In this document: positions 28,884 to 37,830 of the stretch, piece after piece
Layout: every line of letters begins with the position of its first letter
Position numbering within the stretch: the stretch's first letter is position 1
Source of the DNA: an uncultured Gemella sp.
GTDB lineage: Bacteria; Bacillota; Bacilli; Staphylococcales; Gemellaceae
Direction: 5' to 3'
Length of the DNA: 64,000 nucleotides
Assembly (NCBI RefSeq): GCF_963519265.1
Contig: NZ_CAUQNQ010000003.1
Span: 7,642-71,641, forward strand
The notes under the pieces: model-generated
Database searches by the model: none
What the model saw: the letters and a program-made list of their open reading frames with translations, nothing else
What the model was told of the DNA's origin: nothing
Made by a program: the position numbers and the translations under genes

Positions 28884-28953
28884 TAAAAAGCCAATTGAAA
28901 TAGCACTTCAATTGGCTTTCGTGTTGGAATGTACTAGCATTTCACATTCACTT
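28884..28953 (-). ncRNA. Putative antisense antitoxin RNA, module C (about 70 nt)
   Basis: Minus-strand TTGACA (28989-28984)-18 bp-TAGAAT (28965-28960); ends at terminator 28885-28919; carries a copy of the toxin C start region. Confidence 0.75.
28885..28919. terminator. Bidirectional terminator, module C
   Basis: AAAAAGCCAATTGAA-atagcac-TTCAATTGGCTTT. Confidence 0.85.
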
Positions 28954-29064
28954 TCCTATATTCTATCACATACCTTTTCTTGTTGTCAATTAATTCGAAG
29001 AGCTGGATATAATAAAATTCGGAAAGGGTAGAAAAAAAATAAATTTCTTTAAACTATAAATTGC

Positions 29065-29657
29065 GGGTCTATAATAAATACGGTTGATAATAAATATCAG
29101 CCGTATTTAAATTTATAAAAAAATAGAAAAGAATGTAAAATTCCTCTATAATTTAAGTATGAGCAAAAAATCAAGAAAGGAAATTTACATTCATATGTGT
29201 AATTATAGCAAATCTCTTAAAATAACGCTACAAATAACTGACGAAAATATAAAAATTCTAGATAAAACAGAGGAAATTGAAATAAATGGTTGTAAGCATC
29301 TCGTTTATTACGGAGTATTGGAAGCTTCATCTAACTCTTGTCCTTATTGTAAAGAATGTAAGATAACTAATAACGGTCCTTTAGAAGGAATTAACAACAA
29401 AATTAAAGTTATTAAGCGTATTTCTTATGGTTATAGATCTTTTAGTAACTTTAAAGCTAAAATACTCCTTGTATTCAGCTTATTTATACCTTCTGAAACT
29501 AACAAAAAACCTAGATATTCGAAAGAAGAGCGCCAAGATATTCTCGATAAAAAGAAAGAAATAAAACTAAAACGAAAAAATAGAAAAAAAGCTATACTAC
29601 TTAATATAGCATAGCTTTCTCCTAATTTTCTAAATCAACCGAATTTGACAAAGAACC
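29065..29657 (+). mobile_element. Internally deleted ISL3-family element
   Basis: Imperfect terminal IRs GGGTCTATAATAAATACGGTTGAT and (rc) GGTTCTTTGTCAAATTCGGTTGAT enclosing a transposase remnant. Confidence 0.8.
29159..29614 (+). pseudogene. ISL3 transposase remnant (N-terminal zinc finger joined to C-terminus)
   Basis: CPYC directly joined to TNNGPLEGINNKIKVIKRISYGYRSFSNF; the central DDE region is missing. Confidence 0.85.
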
Positions 29658-29819
29658 GCAAAATGCTGCCTAGATTTCTAGAGTGATTTTTTCCCATGCC
29701 CCGAACTTGACAAAGAGCCAAAATTTGTTACTTAATTCTTGCCGACGAAAAAATTTTTTTAATTTTTCATTGTAATTTAATTTTTTGGAATTTATTTTCC
29801 GTAATAATTTGACTTTAAC

Positions 29820-29885
29820 AGAAGCTACAAAACCCTTGTAATTACTCGACTATTTGACTGTGTCATTATTATGACGCGAAACCCA
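29820..29885. repeat. 66-bp direct repeat, left copy
   Basis: 58/66 identical to 35636-35701 by manual alignment; core TGTCATTATTATGAC palindrome. Confidence 0.9.
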
Positions 29886-29898
29886 GACGATGCGTCCA

Positions 29899-30525
29899 CT
29901 ATAGCTCATTTCTTTTTTTTTGCAAAAACATAATACATTTTAATATTTTTTCAATATTTTTATCATCGGAATATTTATTGTAAAATCCATACATATTCAT
30001 GAGCAAAAAATCCAATCTTCTAATTTCTTCATCCAATTTCAATTTTCTATAGAAGCTACAAATAATATTATCTGTAATATATTTTTGCTCCGTCCTAATA
30101 TAATACTCCTCATCTCTATAAAATAATTCTGTTATGCTTTCATCATCAACATTAAATCTTGGAGAATATGCTTCACTCCATATAAAATCTTTTTTTGCTC
30201 TATTACATTTTTTGCATGAGAGAACCAAATTATTTATTTTGCCAGCATTTATAAAATCTTCATTGAATGATGATTCACAAATAAAATGATCTACTTCAAA
30301 TAATTCACAACTTATCACATCTGTTGTGATACCACAATAAGCACATTTATTATTATATATATTCCTAAATTGCTTATTATATTCACTATCTCTTTTATTT
30401 ATTTGATTGTATATTATTTTTACCTTAGGATGTTCTCTTTTTATTCTCTCTTCTAAAGCTTTTTTTTCATCAATAATGTTCTTTTTGGGAACTTCATATA
30501 CTGTATTTCTATAATCATTCTTCAT
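29899..30525 (-). CDS. HNH endonuclease
   Basis: CAYC..FEVDHF..NNLVLSCKKCNRAK zinc-finger HNH motif. Confidence 0.88.
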   Translation of the reverse strand: MKNDYRNTVYEVPKKNIIDEKKALEERIKREHPKVKIIYNQINKRDSEYNKQFRNIYNNKCAYCGITTDVISCELFEVDHFICESSFNEDFINAGKINNLVLSCKKCNRAKKDFIWSEAYSPRFNVDDESITELFYRDEEYYIRTEQKYITDNIICSFYRKLKLDEEIRRLDFLLMNMYGFYNKYSDDKNIEKILKCIMFLQKKRNEL

Positions 30526-31111
30526 AATTTTTTCTCATTTCTTCAAAAGCTTTAATAAGATTATCAATATCCATCTTAGTTAAATTATCATAATTTGACA
30601 CTCCATTTATTGAATTCTCCATTTTTTCAAATAGGAATTTCTCAACATAATTTTTCATGGAAATATTTTTTAAAATATTTCTATTTAAAATTATATTTTG
30701 GGTGGCATTAACTATTCCTTCATTCCAATTATCTTGAAAAAATGAATCCACACCACAAAGATACGTATTAGAATTATATTTTTTTAATGTACTATATTCC
30801 ATCTTTTCTTGATATTGAGTAATTACTATTATTTCTTTAAAAGGAAAAATTTTTTTAATTATCAAGCCAAGCTCTTCCCCAGAAATTTTCTTATCTTGTA
30901 CGTTTCCATTTTCAAAAAGCATTGAATCCAAAAACAATATATCAGCTTTTTGAATTTCATCATTCTCAAGCAAGTCTTCGTAGGAATATTTATTTTCAAA
31001 TTTCAATTCTGAATATTTATATTCAGCCTTATCATTTGAATATGAATTTAAATATTTCGAAACATACAAATCAATTTTGTCATCTACATAAAGCATAGTT
31101 ATTAATTCCAT
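30515..31111 (-). CDS. Response-regulator receiver-domain protein without a recognisable DNA-binding domain
   Basis: MLYVDD, DILFLD (phospho-acceptor position), SGEEL, IIVIT; overlaps both neighbours. Confidence 0.72.
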   Translation of the reverse strand: MELITMLYVDDKIDLYVSKYLNSYSNDKAEYKYSELKFENKYSYEDLLENDEIQKADILFLDSMLFENGNVQDKKISGEELGLIIKKIFPFKEIIVITQYQEKMEYSTLKKYNSNTYLCGVDSFFQDNWNEGIVNATQNIILNRNILKNISMKNYVEKFLFEKMENSINGVSNYDNLTKMDIDNLIKAFEEMRKNYEE

Positions 31112-33239
31112 TTAAAATCGTTTCCTCCATTTCAAAACTAAATTTAAACCCACTCTCTCCTGAAATAGAAAGAATTTTTCCTTTTTGTAAATTAATTGTA
31201 TTGTTAATTATCCACATCCCAAGACCGTGTCCATTTGTTCTGCTTGTTTCATGCGGTTCTAAAATAATTCTTGGGTTATCTAAATATTTTTTTGACAATC
31301 CCTTCCCATCATCGTAATACAATATTTTCAGCTTATTATTATCTCTACTAATTACAATTTTTATTCTTAATTCATTAGCTTCGCTGTTTTGTTGAACACT
31401 ATTTAGTATTAAATTATCAAATATAGTGTAGAATGTGTCTTTTGATATATTAAATTCTACTTTATCATCTATACACGTTTCTATATGTAACCAAGAATAA
31501 TCTTTTTTCCAACCTTCTAATATTTGATTTAAAATTTCTTTTATATTTAAACATTCTGCAAAAAATTGATTTTTTTCTACTTTTTCTAAAATCGCATCAA
31601 TAAATCTCAGTATTTTTTTTACTGCAATATGATTATTTTCTAACAAACCTGGTATATCTTCACACGCAATTTTTCTATTCTCTGGACTATTAACAATTTC
31701 CCAAACCCTATATTTTTTTAAAGCATTAACGATGTCATCATAGGATGGTTCCATTTGATTTCTGTCGTTATTTATTTCATGTGCTATTGATGTAGCCTTC
31801 ATTCCAGATGTTGCTAGAGCATTTAAAATTCTAACATCATATTTATACCTTGCTTTCTCTTGCTCAAATTTTTTACTATCTTGTTTAAATAATTTTAGTT
31901 CATTAATAAGCTTATCCTGTTCACTTTTATTTAAATTTTCTATCTTTTTAGGATTTTTAACAATTTCATCTGATATTTTTTTTATAGGCGCTTCTTCACC
32001 TTTATTTTTTTCATTTATTTTTCGAATTATTTTTTGTCTATATCTTTCAAATTCTTTGATACCAGTTAATATAATTTGAACGAACAATTTATAGTATATA
32101 TTTTCATCTAATCCTTGTCTATTCATAAGATCTTGCAATACTATATTTTGTTGCTTATCAATCAATACATATCCAGACATTTGATTTTCTCTAACTCTCC
32201 AAGCCCCTGTGGGATGTGATGCCGCTGCTGGAGATTTTCTTGTTCTTTTCCCTAATCCTAACCAATCTCTTTCACCTTCAAACGATGATATGCTAAAAGC
32301 ATTTCTATAAAGAATCACCCCACTATCAACACTTTCATCAGTACTTAAATATTTATATAAAAATTTTTCTTTATCTTGCTTTGTTGCGTTTAAGTTGAAA
32401 AATAAGTTTACAGAGAATCCCCCAAGTTCCTCTAACTCAGAAAATAATTCTTCTCCTCGCATCTCAGCAATTTCATTACCTTCAAATTCATCAAAAATAT
32501 TCACTTCACTTTTATATGTATTTAAATCCATTTCTGGGCAATACTTTATGGCTTCACTATCAAACTCGTCTGAAAGCACTAATACAGACAGTATTCCTTT
32601 ATTATATTTTAGTACAATATTCGCTCTACAATTTTTTCCAGGTTCAGGTTTTGGAAAATGCAACTTCACAAATTCATCGTATTCATTAGCTATAATCCGT
32701 ATCTTCATAGCTGTATCATTATATGTTTTCTCAAGGTACTTATTTAATTTTTCAATTCTCCTAAGAGTCCATTTTTTTCTAAGATTGTTTATTACTATAC
32801 AAGTACCTTTATTTTCTATGCTAGAATCTAAATCTAATGTTGATTTATCCCAATCTGTTTTCCAAACGACTCCATCTTTTTGTGCCTTTTTACTATACAA
32901 TCGTATATTTTCACCTAATCTAGACAAGGCAAAACGACCTACTCCTTTCGCTCCAGCTTGCACTCTAACATTATTATTTGTATCAATGAAATCATATCCT
33001 TTACTGCTTTTTCCAATATGCATCCAGTGTTTCTTTATATCCTCTGAATCCATGCCATCTCCATTATCAGTTATTCTCAGCGTTGTTTTATCAATAAACT
33101 CTAATGTAACAATCAAAGCATTCGCATCATATGCATTTTTAACCAATTCTAAAACTGCCGCCTCATCATTGGAAAAGTTTTGTACGCCTAAAAGCTCTGC
33201 AATTGTACTATCTTCAATACTATACTTAAGATATTCCAT
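31080..33239 (-). CDS. GHKL (MORC/MutL-like) ATPase fused to a histidine kinase
   Basis: N-terminal ELVKNAYDA, DNGDGM, GAKGVGRFA; C-terminal IAHEINN, FDNLILNS, DDGKGL, GHGLGMWI; probable start ATG 33239 after GAGGAGG; no TM segment. Confidence 0.88.
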   Translation of the reverse strand: MEYLKYSIEDSTIAELLGVQNFSNDEAAVLELVKNAYDANALIVTLEFIDKTTLRITDNGDGMDSEDIKKHWMHIGKSSKGYDFIDTNNNVRVQAGAKGVGRFALSRLGENIRLYSKKAQKDGVVWKTDWDKSTLDLDSSIENKGTCIVINNLRKKWTLRRIEKLNKYLEKTYNDTAMKIRIIANEYDEFVKLHFPKPEPGKNCRANIVLKYNKGILSVLVLSDEFDSEAIKYCPEMDLNTYKSEVNIFDEFEGNEIAEMRGEELFSELEELGGFSVNLFFNLNATKQDKEKFLYKYLSTDESVDSGVILYRNAFSISSFEGERDWLGLGKRTRKSPAAASHPTGAWRVRENQMSGYVLIDKQQNIVLQDLMNRQGLDENIYYKLFVQIILTGIKEFERYRQKIIRKINEKNKGEEAPIKKISDEIVKNPKKIENLNKSEQDKLINELKLFKQDSKKFEQEKARYKYDVRILNALATSGMKATSIAHEINNDRNQMEPSYDDIVNALKKYRVWEIVNSPENRKIACEDIPGLLENNHIAVKKILRFIDAILEKVEKNQFFAECLNIKEILNQILEGWKKDYSWLHIETCIDDKVEFNISKDTFYTIFDNLILNSVQQNSEANELRIKIVISRDNNKLKILYYDDGKGLSKKYLDNPRIILEPHETSRTNGHGLGMWIINNTINLQKGKILSISGESGFKFSFEMEETILNGINNYALCR

Positions 33240-33249
33240 ATTTCCTCCT

Positions 33250-34692
33250 CTAAAAATTAAATTCTTCAATATCCTTCGATGTAATTCTCAATGAACTTCC
33301 ACTAATATTTATCCCCACCTTCTTTACATAGTCCATGAAATTTTCACTTTCAAGAATTCTTTTTGCAAAATCCAAATTATATTCTTGGTTTTCATCTCTT
33401 AAGGAAATATACATTCCTGCATATGGAATATAATCCTCCTCTAGCCTATATATACAGACTTTATCTGTGATAATTGTTGATATAAGAAGTTTTTCGCATT
33501 TAATTCCTGAAAGTGCTTGCGTTCTTCCATATTCAAACCACTTTGATCTTTTGTCAGATTTTCTTTCTGTTAATTCTCTTTTGAATTGGCTCAAATAGAA
33601 AAAAGTACCAGGATATAAATTTGCAAATTCATTTTCTTCATATTTTATTAACCGATTATTAATATATTTATATGGAAAAATAATTTTTTCAACTTTACCA
33701 TACCTTATAGTTCTTGGTGTTGCAGTTGGCATTACTGCACCTTTTTCAATCATGAAATTTCCAACTTTATAATATTCCTCTATTTCATCATACATATTTT
33801 CATTAATTACATATGCTTTATTTAACAAAGTTGCTATCACATGTGAAACTTTGAAATAATCGCCAAATCGGTTGTTTCCTATATTAAACTCATTAGAAAA
33901 AATCCATTTCCCTTTCATTATTTTTTTATTAATGGATAATCTATTATTACAACACATGTCGAAATATTTAATTTTTTTACTAATATAGTTTTTATCAAAA
34001 ATTATAATAGCTGACTTAACTAATGCATCATCAAATATCTTTTCTTTTGTATAATCTTTTATGACAACAATATTCTCACTCATAAATTCTCTAAGTTTAT
34101 CACCAAAAACCGTTTTAAATATACTACTCGGTATTAAATAAGACATTTTACCTTCATTTGATAACAACTTTATACTATGTTCTATAAATGCATAGCAATA
34201 GTCAAATTTCCCTTGTCTACATGTTTCGTATTTCTCCTTAATAAATGTTCTTTCCTCTTTAGACAAATCACTATAAGTTATATAAGGCGGATTCCCTACT
34301 ATAAAATCGAATTGTGTTTTTATTTCACTTTTTAGATAGTCTTCATTATAAATTTTCCAATTAACATCCTGTATTTCATTTTCTTCCGCAATTAAGTTTA
34401 AGTTATATATGCACTTTTCAAATTGTTTTTTGTCAATTTCAAACCCAAAAATATTACGTTCTAAACCATCTTTTATTTTTTTGTTAGAATATTTAAGTTT
34501 TACTGCTTCTTCAATATATCTTTTAACTATTTCAACAAGAATATTACCATCACCACATGAATTCTCTAATACTGTTTTATTTATTATATTTCTACAATAT
34601 CCAACCGAATCCAGCAACTCATTAACGTAATTTGATGGAGTAAAAATTTGACATTTATTCGCTATATTTTTTTTATTTAATTTTTTCATCAT
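33250..34692 (-). CDS. N6-adenine DNA methyltransferase (Eco57I/TaqI-like, gamma class)
   Basis: IFTP, motif I LENSCGDGNIL, motif IV IVGNPPY, C-terminal KWFEYGRTQ. Confidence 0.9.
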   Translation of the reverse strand: MMKKLNKKNIANKCQIFTPSNYVNELLDSVGYCRNIINKTVLENSCGDGNILVEIVKRYIEEAVKLKYSNKKIKDGLERNIFGFEIDKKQFEKCIYNLNLIAEENEIQDVNWKIYNEDYLKSEIKTQFDFIVGNPPYITYSDLSKEERTFIKEKYETCRQGKFDYCYAFIEHSIKLLSNEGKMSYLIPSSIFKTVFGDKLREFMSENIVVIKDYTKEKIFDDALVKSAIIIFDKNYISKKIKYFDMCCNNRLSINKKIMKGKWIFSNEFNIGNNRFGDYFKVSHVIATLLNKAYVINENMYDEIEEYYKVGNFMIEKGAVMPTATPRTIRYGKVEKIIFPYKYINNRLIKYEENEFANLYPGTFFYLSQFKRELTERKSDKRSKWFEYGRTQALSGIKCEKLLISTIITDKVCIYRLEEDYIPYAGMYISLRDENQEYNLDFAKRILESENFMDYVKKVGINISGSSLRITSKDIEEFNF

Positions 34693-34696
34693 TAAA

Positions 34697-35530
34697 TTAC
34701 TCCATTTTTTTTATTACTTCATTATTTACTTTTTCCAAAGAAATAATTTGCTTTTGAGCAAGCTTTCTAAGTTCTATCATTCTTTCTTTTTGGTCCGTAC
34801 CTTTTCCAATTAGGATTGCATTATAACTTTCCATATTTACAAGTACCAATAACTCATTCAGACTTGCATAGTCTCTCATATTACCCTTTAAATCTGGATT
34901 TTCTTCACACCACTGTTTTACTCTTTTATTAAATAAAGCAACATTTAGCATATCTTCTTCACTTTCGTATTTATAGGATAACTGTTCGTTGGTAAGATCC
35001 TTTAAGAGATATTCTTTGAGTGCATCTATATGGATTTTGTAGTTAATCTTTGAAATTTCCCTCTTCAAGTTCCAACCTAATGATAGTTTTGAATTCTCAT
35101 CTAATTTAAGTCTTCTGTAATCTTGAATTACATACATCTTAAATTCAGCAGAAATCCATGAAGCAAATTCAAAGACAATATCTGTATGTGCAAATGCACC
35201 TCCATATCTTCCACCTTTTGAGATAATTCCGATTGCTTCTGTTTTCTCTACCCATTTCTCAGGAGACAATGTAAAGGGATTATATCCAACTTCCGATTTA
35301 ATTCGGTCGAATTCGACCGAATTGAAATTCATGTTGTTTAAGCTTTCCCATAAACCAAGAAATTCAATTGTATCTTTTCTTCTCATCCAATTTTTAATTA
35401 CATCACTTGGTTCATCACTTTTATACCTTGCAATATCCGTTAGACTTATATAGTCGTTTTTAAAATCTTCAGTATAAATTTGAATAGCAAAACCTTTTGC
35501 TTCAATCATATCTTTTTTTACCTTAGACAT
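34697..35530 (-). CDS. KilA-N domain DNA-binding protein
   Basis: DYISLTDIARYK..IKNWMR..TIEFLGLWE, GRYGGAFAH..FEFASWIS. Confidence 0.88.
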   Translation of the reverse strand: MSKVKKDMIEAKGFAIQIYTEDFKNDYISLTDIARYKSDEPSDVIKNWMRRKDTIEFLGLWESLNNMNFNSVEFDRIKSEVGYNPFTLSPEKWVEKTEAIGIISKGGRYGGAFAHTDIVFEFASWISAEFKMYVIQDYRRLKLDENSKLSLGWNLKREISKINYKIHIDALKEYLLKDLTNEQLSYKYESEEDMLNVALFNKRVKQWCEENPDLKGNMRDYASLNELLVLVNMESYNAILIGKGTDQKERMIELRKLAQKQIISLEKVNNEVIKKME

Positions 35531-35635
35531 GTATGTTCCTCCTTTATGCTGATGTACTATTTACAACATTTATTTTCGTAATAACCGCTCTAAACAACAT
35601 ACCAACAATTCATTTTTCTAGTTTTAAACTTTGGT

Positions 35636-35701
35636 AGAAGCTCTAAAATCCTTGTAATTACTCGACTATTTGCCTATGTCATTATTATGACATGAAATCC
35701 A
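35636..35701. repeat. 66-bp direct repeat, right copy
   Basis: See 29820-29885; contains perfect ATGTCAT-tatt-ATGACAT. Confidence 0.9.
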
Positions 35702-36795
35702 CAAACAGGCTCTAACACATAATCAGTTAGCAATACATCAATAAATTTTGTCATAAGAGTTGTAATATGGTGGGGCGTTAAAACAATTCCTAGACCATTT
35801 CCGTCGCTACCTCCATATTTAACAAACTCGTCATAAAAATTACCTAAAATATCGTAATTTATATTTTACTTAAAATGATGAATAACTTTATCTTATAATT
35901 TTCTAATAAAATAATGAAGTGGTGTTATCCCCAACATCTCGTTTTTTCCATTTAAGTAAACATTTGTTTCTAAAAAAGAGAACTTATTAATAAGAATACT
36001 GACCTTGTCTTCTGGCATAATACCTTCAGCCGTAATATAATCTTTAACTGATTTCAGTATTCTCATTCCATCACTGCTAATTACTGGTTTTGTTAAATCC
36101 TCTTTCCCATCTTTACCTTTAGGATATTTATTACCCCTTAATTTAGGTATATCAATCCCATCTTCATTAAGAGCTAGAAGTATTGCTGAATTTACCATAG
36201 CCTTATTTTCGCCCTCAAGAGAAGCGTAATTCCTCAAATCCTCATGAAGCTCTCTAGAAACATTTTGCAACTCAAAAATACGTTTTTGTTCAATCGGAGC
36301 CTCTCCAAGAACATTAACAGAATACCATTCATTAATATTATCTAGATTAAGTACTTGGAAATCTCACAATATTGGAAAAATCTTTTCAGTAATCTCACTA
36401 TCTACAAAACTAACTAAGACAGGTTAAATATTATGTAACTCCTCATCTCCTGTTACACCTATTGCAATTACTTCATCAAAAGAGCTAGTTTTAGTTACAA
36501 TATTGTTTGCATAGTGAACCGCACCATTAACTGCATAGCCTGATAAAGAAGCAACATCCTTGGCAATAAAGCATTTATCAAACTTAATGAGTTTATCATT
36601 ATCTCTCTTATTTTCTATAACAACTAGATAGTCTGAAATTTACATAACAAATTCAGGTTTCCAAATTCCAGATTTTCCTTGTTTACTTGCTACTTTAAGC
36701 GCTTTAGCTATTGAACCTTGTTCATCATAACGCACTCCAAACTTTTCTATTTTTCTTCTGATATATTGGTTAGTCGTTGTTGCTTCCTTTTTCAT
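35700..36795 (-). pseudogene. BcgI-alpha-like (Type IIB/IIG) restriction-modification subunit pseudogene
   Basis: From ATG 36795: KPEFVM*ISDYLVVIENK..YAVNGAVHYA..*, then the 35893-36270 ORF, then LGNFYDEFVKYGGSDGNGLGIVLTP..VLEPVCG; several stops, ends at MTase motif I. Confidence 0.78.
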
Positions 36796-37056
36796 TATTA
36801 TTCTCCTAGCATAATATAATCTCCAAATAATTTTATCATATTTCTAATTAAAATTCTATATATAATGTCAAAACGTAAATTCTCAAAGTAAATTTGTTAA
36901 TTCCCTAAGTAAATTCCAGTTCAAATAAAAAACTGGAATTTAACCTGAAATCAATTTTTTAACTAGAACTTAAATTTGGAATAGTCAATCATAAGAAATA
37001 TTTATCTAACTTTATTACGTTATTTAAAATTTTATCATTATCATCTATTCTCAACT

Positions 37057-37821
37057 CTAAGCAACTGAAATATCCCAGTGCATAAAATCTTCAATCGGCA
37101 CTTCACTATTTACTGTCTTTACAGTACTCATCAAATAACTCGGAATAATTTCACTTTCTAATATCGTTTTATCATTTAGCATGGTTATAAACTCTTTTAA
37201 ACTGACAAAATGGATGATTTTTATTCTTCCGTTACTCTTATCCAAAACATTCAAATACTCATCTTTAGAGATTTCAAAATTAAAATGCTGATTTTTATGA
37301 TTATATACAGCAAGAACTATTTTTTTATCTTTGCTGTCATTTTCTCTATAAGCAGAAAAATATTTATCTATAATAGCTTCTACAACACGAGGGAAACAAC
37401 TAATTTTAGAAGATATTATACCATCTGATAACGCCATCATAAGCATACTCTTTATCCTATCTTCATGCTTGTCCAATATTCTTATTGCATTTTTTATTTC
37501 TTTGCTAGTTTTCTCATCTAAATTCTTGTCACTGAGTCCCTTTTCTATTTCCTTAGACCACTCACATTCCACAAATAACTCTCCTCCTTTATTTATCTTA
37601 TCACTCCAATCATTAAAATCTATTTTTGTACTTTTTTCATAATTTATAGAAAATCGTTTTTCTGCTCGATCAGCAATAAAAATATATATATTATTCCTTT
37701 TTAATTTTCTTTTTTCTACATATTTATTAAAATATTTTTTCACACGAAATAGCACAGCAATAATTTCTTTAATAATGGTTATCAACTCGGCTAAATAAGA
37801 AATATATTTCATAATATCCAC
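37057..37821 (-). CDS. Hypothetical protein with N-terminal hydrophobic segment
   Basis: 254-aa ORF, AGGAGG RBS, 9 bp after the rmlD stop. Confidence 0.7.
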   Translation of the reverse strand: MDIMKYISYLAELITIIKEIIAVLFRVKKYFNKYVEKRKLKRNNIYIFIADRAEKRFSINYEKSTKIDFNDWSDKINKGGELFVECEWSKEIEKGLSDKNLDEKTSKEIKNAIRILDKHEDRIKSMLMMALSDGIISSKISCFPRVVEAIIDKYFSAYRENDSKDKKIVLAVYNHKNQHFNFEISKDEYLNVLDKSNGRIKIIHFVSLKEFITMLNDKTILESEIIPSYLMSTVKTVNSEVPIEDFMHWDISVA

Positions 37822-37830
37822 CTCCTATAA

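Noticed and set aside
30515..33239. Ordinary environmental two-component system
   Set aside because: Kinase has no TM or sensor domain but an extra GHKL ATPase, the receiver has no output HTH, and both sit between an MTase and a nuclease
32395..33294. 299-aa plus-strand ORF
   Set aside because: Antisense shadow of the GHKL-kinase gene, Ser/Phe-rich with no motifs
34697..35530. Prophage
   Set aside because: KilA-N is phage-associated, but no integrase, structural or lysis genes are present
35676..35694. Chromosomal dif site
   Set aside because: The palindrome does not match the XerC/XerD or streptococcal difSL consensus and occurs twice; kept only as an unassigned recombination-like site
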